DNA from: a virus
Virus record (IMG/VR): IMGVR_UViG_3300008050_008852
Location: 32,001 to 96,000 of that record
Length of the DNA: 64,000 nt
Direction: 5' to 3' (one strand)
Position numbers and translations under genes: made by a program. Below, piece after piece: positions 32,082-42,395 of the stretch; within the stretch, counting starts at the first letter, position 1; every line of letters starts with the position of its first letter. The notes below the pieces were generated by a model. It searched no databases. It was not told the DNA's origin and saw nothing but the letters and a program-made list of their open reading frames with translations.

Positions 32082-35000
32082 ATGCCAGCATCTTCAAAAA
32101 ATATTTCACCTCCATCTGTAAGTATGACTGCTTCTTTAGATAAAAAAGTCTCAGCCGCGATTTCTAAATCTAAGCCAAGAAAATCACAAAGATCAGATGA
32201 AGTTGCTGAAAAGCTTGCAATTTCAAAAAAGCGTTGCCTTGCTGCTGCAAAAATAATTGAGCGCCGTTTGGAGATCTTAGCACTGTTAGATTATAAACCT
32301 TTATTTTCTGGAAGAAATTCAACTACAGCCGGCGATTTATTTGAGGCTAGAGTTACAGAGCGTAATATGGATCTTGAGTCACTTTTGGCTATAATAGAAT
32401 CAAGCACTGGAGATGACACCACTGTACTAAATAAATATAATTCGGTTGTTGTTGCTACACAGTCTGACTTTGCTATTTTAAAGATGCTGATATTATTAAG
32501 GGAATATGCAACTCATACTGCAAGATTTTTAGATTTTATAAACGAGTATCAATTACACGAAGATTTAGACATATCATGGTTAGGTGATGAAAATTCTGAT
32601 CTATTAAGTAGTATTTGCAGGGTCGAATTCGAGAGAGGTCCAGCCAACCAACCTGTTGGAGCCACAGAAATATTGATTCAGCTTCTTTTAATTATTAATT
32701 GCTCAACATATGGAATATCACCCTATCATATGACGACCAGTAAAAAAAGTTTGCCAAGAAACAAGGTTATTACAAATTTTAATATTACGCTAAATAAGGA
32801 TTATATAGCAGACGCATATGATTTAGCGTTTATTTCTCGCGATTTGACATTTTCACAAGAAATGACTAAATTGAAAAATAATGAATCACCGGATGAAATA
32901 CTCAAAGAATTAATTGATAATTCGTTAGGTAATTCATTTATAACATCGCCATTAGAGCAAAACACGAATATAATGAGACAATTTGTTGGTTCGTCAAGTT
33001 TTTCTAATTTACGTACTTCAAAAGAGAATCAAGACGAGCTTAAGCATGATTTTATAGCAGATATCTTAAATAATAAAAAGGGTGTTATATCTCGACTTTT
33101 GAGGGGTTTAACAAGTAAATCGTCCCCAGACATATTGCTACCAGAATCAGGTGTAAGCAAATATCAAAAAGAATATTCTGATATTGATCCAATAGTTGAT
33201 AAGGCTTTTTCTGGTGAAAAGATATTAGATTTTGATAGATACGAGAAGGTAATTGACGATCTAATTAATGATTTAAGTGATACTGCTACATTTGGTAAAA
33301 AAGCGTTTCGTCTTTTAGATGAAAAATCAAATTCTGCTGGAAAATTTAGAGAAGATATCCCAATTGTTGCCGAAGAACAGCCGCTGTCAATGCCATCAAT
33401 TTCAGCTGTTGTTCTTGATGTCTTTAATCGTAGATTTGCGTCGACTTTGAAGACATCATTATATAATAAATTTTATGATTGGAAGACACCAGAACATGTT
33501 TCATATACAAAAATTCAAGCTTGGCTTTTGATACGAGATAATCCTGAACTTGCAAAAAAAATAGTCAGGAGTGTTATTAAAGATCATGAAGATGGTTTTT
33601 TAACAGTAGCTTCACAACCTGAACCAATAGAGGGTTCAGCTGAATTAGATTCTGATGGTAATGAAATAGAAGGTACTGAGGAAATGAGTGATTTGGTTTA
33701 TGTTAAACCAGGTACCTCAACTATGGTAAATTTGACTGGGAAAGGTCCTCGGCTGGGCAGCGCTATTAGAAAAATAAATAGTTATTATGCTGATGATGTG
33801 AGTCAGATGTCACCAAGCAATGTATTAAGCTCCAATTATGGCGAAGGGGTTTCATGGCCACCAATAAGGGTACAGTATGAAAGGATTGGATCCGATGTAA
33901 GAGATTATTTTGGTTCATCAAATCATCAACAGACAGATCCAGACTTAAGATTAATAAATGTAATGACTGTCTACCGTGAAAGGTGGGATTTCTCTACCCA
34001 GACTTCGTCAACAAATAATTACTATTGTGGCACAAAAATTATTGCAGCTGAAATTATTGATACTGTTCTTGAGATATGCAGAGCAATGGTAACACCTTTT
34101 GCTGAAGTCGAAATGCCCTCAGACGGTGATCCAGTATTTCCTTTTGTTGAAGATATGAAGAGCCCTTATGGAAATGGTCATTGGGGTTATTCGGCTGATG
34201 GTTATGATCAATTTCAGATGAATCTTTGGGTATCAACAATAACAGGATGGAATAAATTATTTACTAGATCAACAGACAAGAAAACATATTTCAGGCGCCG
34301 TAGTATAAGAACACATTCTGATAAGATTATTGATATTTTAGGTAGATTAATGTTACCATATGATTTTATGAAAGTTAGAACGGAAACAATTACTGATGGT
34401 ATCAAAATAACAGAATGGAAAAATGTTAATCCGGCTGATTTCTCATTTAAGATATGGCCTGTTTGTGCAACGATAAAATGCTCGCCGTCCGATTTAATTG
34501 CGGCGGGATCATGGAAAGCAGATGGTGATACCACTCTCGCTGACTATATGAAGGGTATTAGTTCAACAATTGATGATCTGCTTAATTCAAGTTTTGATGA
34601 CCTTGATGACATTCAACCGGTGACAGTTTCATCACAGGCTACGGCTGTCTCTGGCCCAGGAGGATCCCATTCAGCCGGTAGTAGTCTACCAGGTTCCGGA
34701 GGTGGAGGCTCACTCTATACTGCCGACGTCGAACCTGCAGAAATAGACATTGATACATCCCTTGCGGTAATTTCTGGTAATTATAGAACATTTTTATCGG
34801 TAGCTAAACATGAAAATACAATTTTGTCATTTTTATACGACTTTATTGGAAAATACGGCGAACGAATTGGAAATTATAAAGATGCAACAATCAATTTGAT
34901 AAATGATGAATCTTCTCCAATTGGTGATCTTGTAACTACGCTTTTAGATTTAGGACCAGCCGGCGAAGATATCCTCCAGAATTTAAGCACAAACCAGTTA

Positions 35001-36107
35001 GCACTAAAGCAAATAGCACTCGAGGAAGAACAAGGTGTCAAAGAAAACGGTTATCTTCCAAATTTATCAATAATATCTGAAAAAGAAGCAAATTGTGTCA
35101 GGCTACTCTGTTCAGAAGAAATTACTAGATCTCCAGAAGGTGATACTACAAAAATTATAATGGTTGGTATACCAATTAGTACTTTTGATAAAAAGAAGAT
35201 TAATGATAAATTTGGTCTTAGACTTAGCTATAGGGATATTGAGTATCCACAATTAGTTTTTGCATCAAAGACATTTATGTTTGATAAGGATTTGTACATC
35301 TTACCAGATGATTTAGAATCTACAAAAACAACTTCTAGTTTTAGTAAGATTGCAAAACAAGCGAAATATTCAAAAATTAGGGTTGAGGTTGTTGAATCAA
35401 CAGATGAAACTGCTACAATAGAAATAATTGATGATATACAAAAAATTAAGTATGATAGTAGTGATCCTGATGTGTTTATTAATCTACTTATTTCTGAGAC
35501 ATTGAAAATTTATTATCGTTTAATGCTAGGCTTAAATTTCTCAGAAACTGCATTTTTATCAACTCCAGAAGGCGCAAAAATACCAATTTCAGATACATCA
35601 TCATCCCTTGCAAAATCAATGTCAGCCAGCGTTGAGTCAATATCGACGTTCTCTGAGGGATTGGCATCAAATTTAGATGCTCTTCTTGGTGATATAACTA
35701 AATTTGACAATATAGACGATTTTGTTTCTGGCGATATAACACCAGTTGACGAAGCTCTAATTGTTGATTTAAAAAATGCATTTCAGTCACGCATATTTTC
35801 TCCGGAAGTTCTTCGATCTAGGGTTTTATCTGCAAAAATGTTTGATAGAATTTATGCAATTCCAGTCGATCCAGACGAATTTTATATTGTTCCACCTGGT
35901 GAAGCTGAAGTCGGCAATGTTGAAACACCTGCTCAAATATTTGACTTTTATTTAAATGCCGGAATTATTGAAGAAACAGGTTTAGATTCTCCGCGAAAAT
36001 ATAAATTAGCTCCAAGAAAATCAGCTGAAGGTTCAATGGCTTTTGGTAATATTACGGTTTCGATGGTAACGGCATCTGAAGATGGTGAGAGGATATTTAG
36101 CTTATGA
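32082..36107 (+). CDS. Large hypothetical protein
   Basis: 1341-aa ORF inside the structural operon; no motif recognised. Confidence 0.6.
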   Translation: MPASSKNISPPSVSMTASLDKKVSAAISKSKPRKSQRSDEVAEKLAISKKRCLAAAKIIERRLEILALLDYKPLFSGRNSTTAGDLFEARVTERNMDLESLLAIIESSTGDDTTVLNKYNSVVVATQSDFAILKMLILLREYATHTARFLDFINEYQLHEDLDISWLGDENSDLLSSICRVEFERGPANQPVGATEILIQLLLIINCSTYGISPYHMTTSKKSLPRNKVITNFNITLNKDYIADAYDLAFISRDLTFSQEMTKLKNNESPDEILKELIDNSLGNSFITSPLEQNTNIMRQFVGSSSFSNLRTSKENQDELKHDFIADILNNKKGVISRLLRGLTSKSSPDILLPESGVSKYQKEYSDIDPIVDKAFSGEKILDFDRYEKVIDDLINDLSDTATFGKKAFRLLDEKSNSAGKFREDIPIVAEEQPLSMPSISAVVLDVFNRRFASTLKTSLYNKFYDWKTPEHVSYTKIQAWLLIRDNPELAKKIVRSVIKDHEDGFLTVASQPEPIEGSAELDSDGNEIEGTEEMSDLVYVKPGTSTMVNLTGKGPRLGSAIRKINSYYADDVSQMSPSNVLSSNYGEGVSWPPIRVQYERIGSDVRDYFGSSNHQQTDPDLRLINVMTVYRERWDFSTQTSSTNNYYCGTKIIAAEIIDTVLEICRAMVTPFAEVEMPSDGDPVFPFVEDMKSPYGNGHWGYSADGYDQFQMNLWVSTITGWNKLFTRSTDKKTYFRRRSIRTHSDKIIDILGRLMLPYDFMKVRTETITDGIKITEWKNVNPADFSFKIWPVCATIKCSPSDLIAAGSWKADGDTTLADYMKGISSTIDDLLNSSFDDLDDIQPVTVSSQATAVSGPGGSHSAGSSLPGSGGGGSLYTADVEPAEIDIDTSLAVISGNYRTFLSVAKHENTILSFLYDFIGKYGERIGNYKDATINLINDESSPIGDLVTTLLDLGPAGEDILQNLSTNQLALKQIALEEEQGVKENGYLPNLSIISEKEANCVRLLCSEEITRSPEGDTTKIIMVGIPISTFDKKKINDKFGLRLSYRDIEYPQLVFASKTFMFDKDLYILPDDLESTKTTSSFSKIAKQAKYSKIRVEVVESTDETATIEIIDDIQKIKYDSSDPDVFINLLISETLKIYYRLMLGLNFSETAFLSTPEGAKIPISDTSSSLAKSMSASVESISTFSEGLASNLDALLGDITKFDNIDDFVSGDITPVDEALIVDLKNAFQSRIFSPEVLRSRVLSAKMFDRIYAIPVDPDEFYIVPPGEAEVGNVETPAQIFDFYLNAGIIEETGLDSPRKYKLAPRKSAEGSMAFGNITVSMVTASEDGERIFSL

Positions 36108-37828
36108 CCAAATTTTTAACATACCCATCTATTTCTGCGACAATTTTTGATGTTCCAGAACCAAAAGATATAACAGGTAAATTCACATATAACTACTTTT
36201 TGCCAGATGAAAGAGAGAGTACTGACACGTTTGTATCTGCGACTAGTTTTGCCTCCCACCGAGAGACCTACGCAAGACAGAATGAAATTACGTTCTCTCC
36301 ATTGAGTGCTATAATACCAGATAATCCAGTTTTATCAGAAATTCAATTATCTAATACACAAAAGCGTAGAATTTTATTAAAGAATACTGATAAAATTTCA
36401 AAAGAAACAGAATTTATGAATTCTGGTTATGTATCAATAAAACTGCAAGATGCTACTGTTTCTACCCGCCTTTTAGCAAACGCAGAAGCCACCCTTTTAC
36501 AAAAGAGAATTAGCACCGTTTCTTTATCACCACTAGAAGTAATGTTAAAATATGCATCAGAAACGTCAGATAATATTGATGGCCAGTCAATACTTGATAG
36601 TGTAAATGTTGATGATTTAAACGAATATGTGTCAATTGATCCTGTTACAGGCGAGCAATTTGATGTTCAAAAGTCGGGTGATATTAGTGATTTGACGTTT
36701 AATGTTATATTGTCTAAAAAGTTCGCCGGTGATATAGCATTGTCCGCAGTTAAAACACCACTAAGTCCTGCTGGTGATATATTTTCTAGTGTAGTAACTA
36801 CATTAAGCGATGATCAAAGTGCTGCTCGATCTGGTGCAAGTGATTCTAGAGTAATTAGAACATCTGATTTTGTTCAGACATTTGATCCAATTCAGATAGA
36901 AAAAATTGGTTTTGGTGATACATTTCTTGGTGGTAACACAATTATGGGTTATCATATAAGAAGATATGATATTAATGATCCGGAAGACGTTTCCGATTTT
37001 TATATTACAAATACTAGTGCGACAAATTTTGTAGATAATGAAGTATTATATGGCACAACATACAATTATTCTATTGCTGTGGTGTATTTAATTCGCTTAT
37101 TTACATATAATAAAAAAAATGTTTGTGCAGCTGATATACTTGTTGAATCTAGAGAATCACCTTCAATAAATGTAACAACTAAAGAGGCGACTCCTCCAAA
37201 TGCACCCGATGGCTTAGATTTTTATTTATTGCAAAACAAAAATCTTGTAATTGAATGGGACTTTCCAGTTAATCCAACTGGTGATATAAAAAGATTTCAA
37301 ATTTTTAGGCGTACTTCAATTGATGAACCATTTTCACTAATTTCAGAACTTGATTTTGACAACAGTACTATTTTGACGACAAGAAAAGAAAATGTACCTC
37401 ATGAATTAAATCACAAACTTAGTATACCAAGAACATATATTAACGATTATGAGTTTGATTTAAATTCTAAATACATATATGCCGTATGTGCTATAGATGC
37501 CCATGATTTATCTTCATCATATAGCGAGCAGTTTTTAGTGTCATTTGACATACTAACGGCACAATTGGTAATAGAAATGATATCTGAGAAAAATGCACCT
37601 AAACCATATCCAAATTTTTTATTAAGAAACCAACTTACAAAAGATGCAATTCATGATTCAAACCACTCATCACTGACATGTTATTTTGATCCTGAATACT
37701 TAAAGATCTACAAAGGTAGTGAAGAAATTGACTTTTTGCAAGAATCGTCAACCGATCCATCATATAAAATACAATTAATACATTTAAATTTTCAACAAAG
37801 CATAGTTGCAGATATTAATGTTAAATGA
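36104..37828 (+). CDS. Fibronectin type III-like domain structural protein
   Basis: GYHIRR...FVDNEVLYGTTYNYSI and PPNAP...LVIEWDFP...IKRFQIFRR...YIYAVCAIDAH.LSSSYS. Confidence 0.65.
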   Translation: MTKFLTYPSISATIFDVPEPKDITGKFTYNYFLPDERESTDTFVSATSFASHRETYARQNEITFSPLSAIIPDNPVLSEIQLSNTQKRRILLKNTDKISKETEFMNSGYVSIKLQDATVSTRLLANAEATLLQKRISTVSLSPLEVMLKYASETSDNIDGQSILDSVNVDDLNEYVSIDPVTGEQFDVQKSGDISDLTFNVILSKKFAGDIALSAVKTPLSPAGDIFSSVVTTLSDDQSAARSGASDSRVIRTSDFVQTFDPIQIEKIGFGDTFLGGNTIMGYHIRRYDINDPEDVSDFYITNTSATNFVDNEVLYGTTYNYSIAVVYLIRLFTYNKKNVCAADILVESRESPSINVTTKEATPPNAPDGLDFYLLQNKNLVIEWDFPVNPTGDIKRFQIFRRTSIDEPFSLISELDFDNSTILTTRKENVPHELNHKLSIPRTYINDYEFDLNSKYIYAVCAIDAHDLSSSYSEQFLVSFDILTAQLVIEMISEKNAPKPYPNFLLRNQLTKDAIHDSNHSSLTCYFDPEYLKIYKGSEEIDFLQESSTDPSYKIQLIHLNFQQSIVADINVK

Positions 37829-37830
37829 TA

Positions 37831-37857
37831 TGTCAGCTTTTTTACAGAAAGCTGGCA
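37831..37857. promoter_or_regulatory. Hairpin after the stop codon (mRNA stabiliser or weak terminator)
   Basis: TGTCAGCTTT-TTTACAG-AAAGCTGGCA, 10-bp stem with one G-U pair; no U-tract follows. Confidence 0.45.
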
Positions 37858-37896
37858 CAACCTATATTTATTAGTGAAGTGAGGTAATATATAACC

Positions 37897-37953
37897 ATGA
37901 GATTTTTAGATCAAGAAATATATAAGAAGCAATACATTTTAGGAGGTAATTAA
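37897..37953 (+). CDS. 18-aa upstream ORF (MRFLDQEIYKKQYILGGN)
   Basis: Has its own GAGGT RBS; its start region duplicates that of the 37956 gene; stops 2 nt before ATG 37956. Confidence 0.4.
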   Translation: MRFLDQEIYKKQYILGGN

Positions 37954-37955
37954 CC

Positions 37956-38681
37956 ATGGGGTTCCTCGATCATTCAACAAACAACATTATCGTTGATGCT
38001 GTTCTTACAGATAAAGGTAGACAATTACTTGCAAGAAATGACGGTTCATTTCAAATTACGCGTTTTGCCTTCGGAGACGATGAAGTTGATTATGGAATTA
38101 TAAAGCAATTTGGTAGAACTGTTGGTAAAGAAAAAATAGAAAAAAATACGCCAGTTTTTGAAGCACAGACAAATAGTGATGTTGCTCTTAAAAATAGAAT
38201 GGTTAGTGTTGCAAACCCTTATTTAACTGCCTTACCAACGTTATCTGTAACCGTAACAACCGGTGCCACCACATTAGTTCGTGGCTCATCTCCTATTCAA
38301 ACCGATTTGACAATTACACAAAGTAATTTCAATAATGCAAATATAGACTTAGATTTACGTGATCCAAGCTTTCTTGTTCAATATGATAGTCGATTCCTAT
38401 CTGTTACTGGTTATGAAAACAATGTTTCCACACCTTCAACCGGGCAGAATTATATTAGTACAGTCCGTGTTAGACAAACAACCACAAATAGTGATGGCAG
38501 TAATGGTTCAATGGCAACACTTCGTGTAAGTGTTAAATCTTTTTCTGATTCGTATTACAATTTTTATTCAACGTCAGCCAACTCTGGGCAGATTAGAACA
38601 TTTTTAACGATAACTGGAACTGCCTCTGGTGGTCTTATTACACAACAAATTTTAGTTAATAAAAATAGCAGTGTAACATAG
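37956..38681 (+). CDS. Baseplate/tail-fibre-attachment-like structural protein
   Basis: DAVLTDKGRQLLA...ITRFAFGDDEVDY resembles the N-terminal part of DUF3751-type fibre-attachment domains; strong AGGAGGT RBS. Confidence 0.55.
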   Translation: MGFLDHSTNNIIVDAVLTDKGRQLLARNDGSFQITRFAFGDDEVDYGIIKQFGRTVGKEKIEKNTPVFEAQTNSDVALKNRMVSVANPYLTALPTLSVTVTTGATTLVRGSSPIQTDLTITQSNFNNANIDLDLRDPSFLVQYDSRFLSVTGYENNVSTPSTGQNYISTVRVRQTTTNSDGSNGSMATLRVSVKSFSDSYYNFYSTSANSGQIRTFLTITGTASGGLITQQILVNKNSSVT

Positions 38682-38693
38682 GAATAATGATAA

Positions 38694-40016
38694 ATGTCAA
38701 ATTTTAAAACAATCGGCGCCGATGATATTCAAACGTCGACAAGTGTATTAAGTCAATTAGTTGATGTTATACAAGAAGATATATCTGGATCAAGTACCAG
38801 AAGAAAATATCAAGTTTTTGTAACTGGAGGCTTAGGGCCAGGAGTTACATCGTCATTATTTCAAACAGTTTATGATCAAGATTTTTCATTACAAACAAGT
38901 AATGCTGTTCTTGATATGAGTATTGGCTTATTTGAATCTGGTAGTACAGTGACTGCATGCTCAACTGGCACCGACGTTAACGGAAAACTGTTGTTTCCAT
39001 CACAATCAATAATGATGAGAGAAAAGGTTTCAAATTACAAACAATTCGCACAGGTTTTATTGGGCGATTCTGATGCCTCATTTTATGCTCCAGGTATTAA
39101 TTTGTATGATACGTCCGCAACTGCTACTGGGTTATCTACTGGTTCAAAGGGTGATAGAATTGAAGAGGCATTATTTGTTAGCTTTAAACGCTTGTTTGCA
39201 CGAGATGAAATAAGAAAAGAGACGTTTGCATTAAAACTATTCATGTCAGCAGCACTAGATGGTAGTCAAGTTGATGCCGATGGTGTGGCCACTGATATTG
39301 CGCAGGCATATACAGGTTCAAACATATTTATAACATCTACATCTGGCAGCGCTATTTATGCCGATGTGGGAGCCTCAGCTACACAGCTTAAACACTTTGG
39401 CGGCGACGTCGGTTTTGTAAAAAATACAGCTGATACATCTAGGACTGTTGGGCTAATGTGGTATGATCATGGTATCTGTGTTTTAGACATGGGTAAAGTA
39501 TTTTGTGGTGATCAACATATGTCTGGAACGTTAAGTGCGGTTACAAATGCATCTCCTGATGTATTTCCTGTAGGCACAACACTTCTTGGTTATGGTGGCG
39601 AACCTGTAGATGCCCGCGGCTATAGTTCAAATGTTTCTGCCTCATTTATTCCAGATTTTGTAGTATCTGCCTCGATTGATACAATTGTTGATCACGTCGC
39701 TTCCACCCGCTTTGGCTCTGGTTCTTTCACTGCTACAACGTTTCAAAACGTAACAAACATCAATTCAACACTTATTTTCTGCCGCGCCACTGCGGATGAA
39801 TTTAATTATTCGTCAAACCCAACATTTAGAAATTCTAATGGTGAATTGGTTGTTATAGATCCAGGAGACGACACCGGACAACGTACATTTACGTTTGTTA
39901 CTACAGTTGGTTTGTATAATAGCAATAATGAATTACTTGCTGTTGCGAAATTATCTCGACCTGTTGAAAAGAATGATGAAAAGGACCTTACAACCCGCGT
40001 CAGACTTGACTTTTAG
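38694..40016 (+). CDS. Baseplate/tail-associated structural protein
   Basis: C-terminal FCRA...EFNYSSNPT...FVTTVGLYNSNNELLAVAKLSRPVEK...RVRLDF. Confidence 0.6.
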   Translation: MSNFKTIGADDIQTSTSVLSQLVDVIQEDISGSSTRRKYQVFVTGGLGPGVTSSLFQTVYDQDFSLQTSNAVLDMSIGLFESGSTVTACSTGTDVNGKLLFPSQSIMMREKVSNYKQFAQVLLGDSDASFYAPGINLYDTSATATGLSTGSKGDRIEEALFVSFKRLFARDEIRKETFALKLFMSAALDGSQVDADGVATDIAQAYTGSNIFITSTSGSAIYADVGASATQLKHFGGDVGFVKNTADTSRTVGLMWYDHGICVLDMGKVFCGDQHMSGTLSAVTNASPDVFPVGTTLLGYGGEPVDARGYSSNVSASFIPDFVVSASIDTIVDHVASTRFGSGSFTATTFQNVTNINSTLIFCRATADEFNYSSNPTFRNSNGELVVIDPGDDTGQRTFTFVTTVGLYNSNNELLAVAKLSRPVEKNDEKDLTTRVRLDF

Positions 40017-40043
40017 TTCTTTTTTTGGAATGAGTGATGCTTC

Positions 40044-42395
40044 ATGTCTTTTGTAAAAATTACAAAATCAAATACTGACACTGCGTATGTAAGGTTACAT
40101 CCAAGCAGAAGTTTTGTATCATCATCATCTGGCGTTACAGGATCAGTGCGTGTAATAGCACAGTCCTCACCGTTTTTTAAAGAGGTTAGTTCATTTAGTC
40201 CATTTGTAGACAACCCTATAGATGATACAAGCATTGAGTCATATAGACAATCATTATTTATGTTGACAGGATCAGGCTTAAATTTAAGTGCTTCCGCACA
40301 TGAATATATGGGCTTAATTTCGTCAGCATCTTCAGCTGCACGTCAGTCAAAATACGTAGAGGTATTACGCTTCACACCAACAAATACATTAACATCTGAT
40401 ACACAAAGAAAAAGTGTTTATAGAAAAGTTTTATTACCATACTATCAAACTGAAAATCCTGATGCTGGATTTAATTTCACAAATTATCAATGCTTTAATT
40501 TTGTTAGCGCCTCAGTATTTCCCAGTGCATCGGCATTAATATATCCAGATCCTTTAGACAATTATTCTGTAATGAGTGGGTTTTCGTTTTCGTTTAATTC
40601 AAAAATTGCAAGAGATGCAGGTTATACAGTTAATGGTGACCCATGGGACTATCCAGCAGGGTGTGTGTTGTTTAGATCATCATCATATGCGGTGTCTATT
40701 GTCTCCGGTTCTAAAAAGGATCATACTGGTTTTCCGGCGGCATATAGAGTGTTACTGCAATTAAGTTCAGCTGTTGATACTAGTCCGTCATTACTTGATT
40801 TAAACGCCTTACCAAATTATACATTTTTAAGCTCTGATAACGTTTTAAAAAAGAACCACTGGCACAACGTGGCAATTTCGTGGGGTAAAGATCATAACGC
40901 AGGAACCGGTTCATTTTTTATTGATGGCCAAAAAGACGAATCTGCAGACTTTACGTTATCAACAATAAGTATTAATACATCCTCAGACGATTTTAACGCC
41001 TTGATGCTCGGGGCGCGCTTTTCTGGAAATAACGACTCTTATTCTGGCTTTTTCAATCCAGCTGTATCTACAGAAGGCGTCTATTCCGGAGGCGCCGCCA
41101 TAGAACCTGAAAATACTAGTCTTACAAATAGATTAAATGGAGAAATTAATGATATTCGTGTATACAGTAACGTTTTAGCCCCTGATTTAATTGAAACTGG
41201 ATCACAATTTGGTTTGACCACAATTCCATCTGGTATGGTTTTTTATGCACCATGTTTTTTCGTAAAAGAAAGTCCTGTAAGGTTGTCTTTATTAACACCG
41301 TTTCAACAAGAGACAACTGGTACACAAGAACCATATAACGTAAAACTTAGTTATGGTGTAAATGGCCGCGACATTAATTTACAGAATTATACAAGGGATT
41401 TTGTTCAAAATAATTATCCACGCTTATATCATTTAACAGCATCAACTATAGACACTTCAACAAGCACATATTCTGCCAATTCATTTCTTTTAGACATAGG
41501 CACAAATAAATTAATGCATCAAGCACGTGGAATGTTTATATTGCCAAGTGATAATGGTAAATTTGTTCCAGGCTGGAATTTACTTGCCAGTGGTACAATT
41601 GTTGATAAACCAGATTCAAGTTCGCCAATGTCAAGATACGTTAATGATTTAGACTATATGAATTATGCTATTGTATCGTTAAATAATATGATATCAACAT
41701 CATCAATTCTTGAGGGTTTAGTACAAGTAAATTCAGATGGTTCTGATAATACTGCTCAAACCGGTTTGTTACAACAAATAATGGGTGGTAGTCCAGAAGA
41801 CGTAAGCGTAGATCCAGGATCTGGTTATACGATATTACAAAGAACTCGTGATAATTCGTCAAATATGGTCACGTTTTTTGACTCTAGTAATTTATTTTAT
41901 GGTAAGAGAATAAAGTCAAGCACAATTACTTTAAGTGAACAAGAAATATCTGGTACATCTGGCACACTTTCAATGAGATTTAAAGATAATGGGATGGGTG
42001 GTATGTATAGGGCAGACGCGTCGTCTATTCATGCAACTTTTTCTAGAATTGGTGACGTTCTATACCAAGAAGGTATTGTTGGAATTTTACACCCATGTAT
42101 TCCGTTTTTTGGTAAAAATTCTTTTAATATAGATTTTAAGGGTGATCAAAACGTACATGTTTATGAAGTCAATGTTCCTGCCATGGCCGGTATGTTAAAT
42201 TCAAGCTCCAACCCAAATTATGTTGCGGGTACTAAAGATGATTATGCATCATCATATGAAGGGCCTGTTGTTGGGATTAGTTCAATACTTTTTCATGATG
42301 AAAATTTTAATGTAGTTGCAAGAACAAATTTCGCTCAACCTATACTAAAGACAGAATTTGATAAATATTTATTTAGGATAAAGTTTGATTTTTGA
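40044..42395 (+). CDS. Structural protein with a LamG-like domain; C-terminal paralog of 38694
   Basis: NHWHNVAISW...FFIDGQ...LNGEINDIRVY; C-terminal NSSSNPNY...ISSILFHDENFNVVARTNFAQPILK...RIKFDF. Confidence 0.65.
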   Translation: MSFVKITKSNTDTAYVRLHPSRSFVSSSSGVTGSVRVIAQSSPFFKEVSSFSPFVDNPIDDTSIESYRQSLFMLTGSGLNLSASAHEYMGLISSASSAARQSKYVEVLRFTPTNTLTSDTQRKSVYRKVLLPYYQTENPDAGFNFTNYQCFNFVSASVFPSASALIYPDPLDNYSVMSGFSFSFNSKIARDAGYTVNGDPWDYPAGCVLFRSSSYAVSIVSGSKKDHTGFPAAYRVLLQLSSAVDTSPSLLDLNALPNYTFLSSDNVLKKNHWHNVAISWGKDHNAGTGSFFIDGQKDESADFTLSTISINTSSDDFNALMLGARFSGNNDSYSGFFNPAVSTEGVYSGGAAIEPENTSLTNRLNGEINDIRVYSNVLAPDLIETGSQFGLTTIPSGMVFYAPCFFVKESPVRLSLLTPFQQETTGTQEPYNVKLSYGVNGRDINLQNYTRDFVQNNYPRLYHLTASTIDTSTSTYSANSFLLDIGTNKLMHQARGMFILPSDNGKFVPGWNLLASGTIVDKPDSSSPMSRYVNDLDYMNYAIVSLNNMISTSSILEGLVQVNSDGSDNTAQTGLLQQIMGGSPEDVSVDPGSGYTILQRTRDNSSNMVTFFDSSNLFYGKRIKSSTITLSEQEISGTSGTLSMRFKDNGMGGMYRADASSIHATFSRIGDVLYQEGIVGILHPCIPFFGKNSFNIDFKGDQNVHVYEVNVPAMAGMLNSSSNPNYVAGTKDDYASSYEGPVVGISSILFHDENFNVVARTNFAQPILKTEFDKYLFRIKFDF

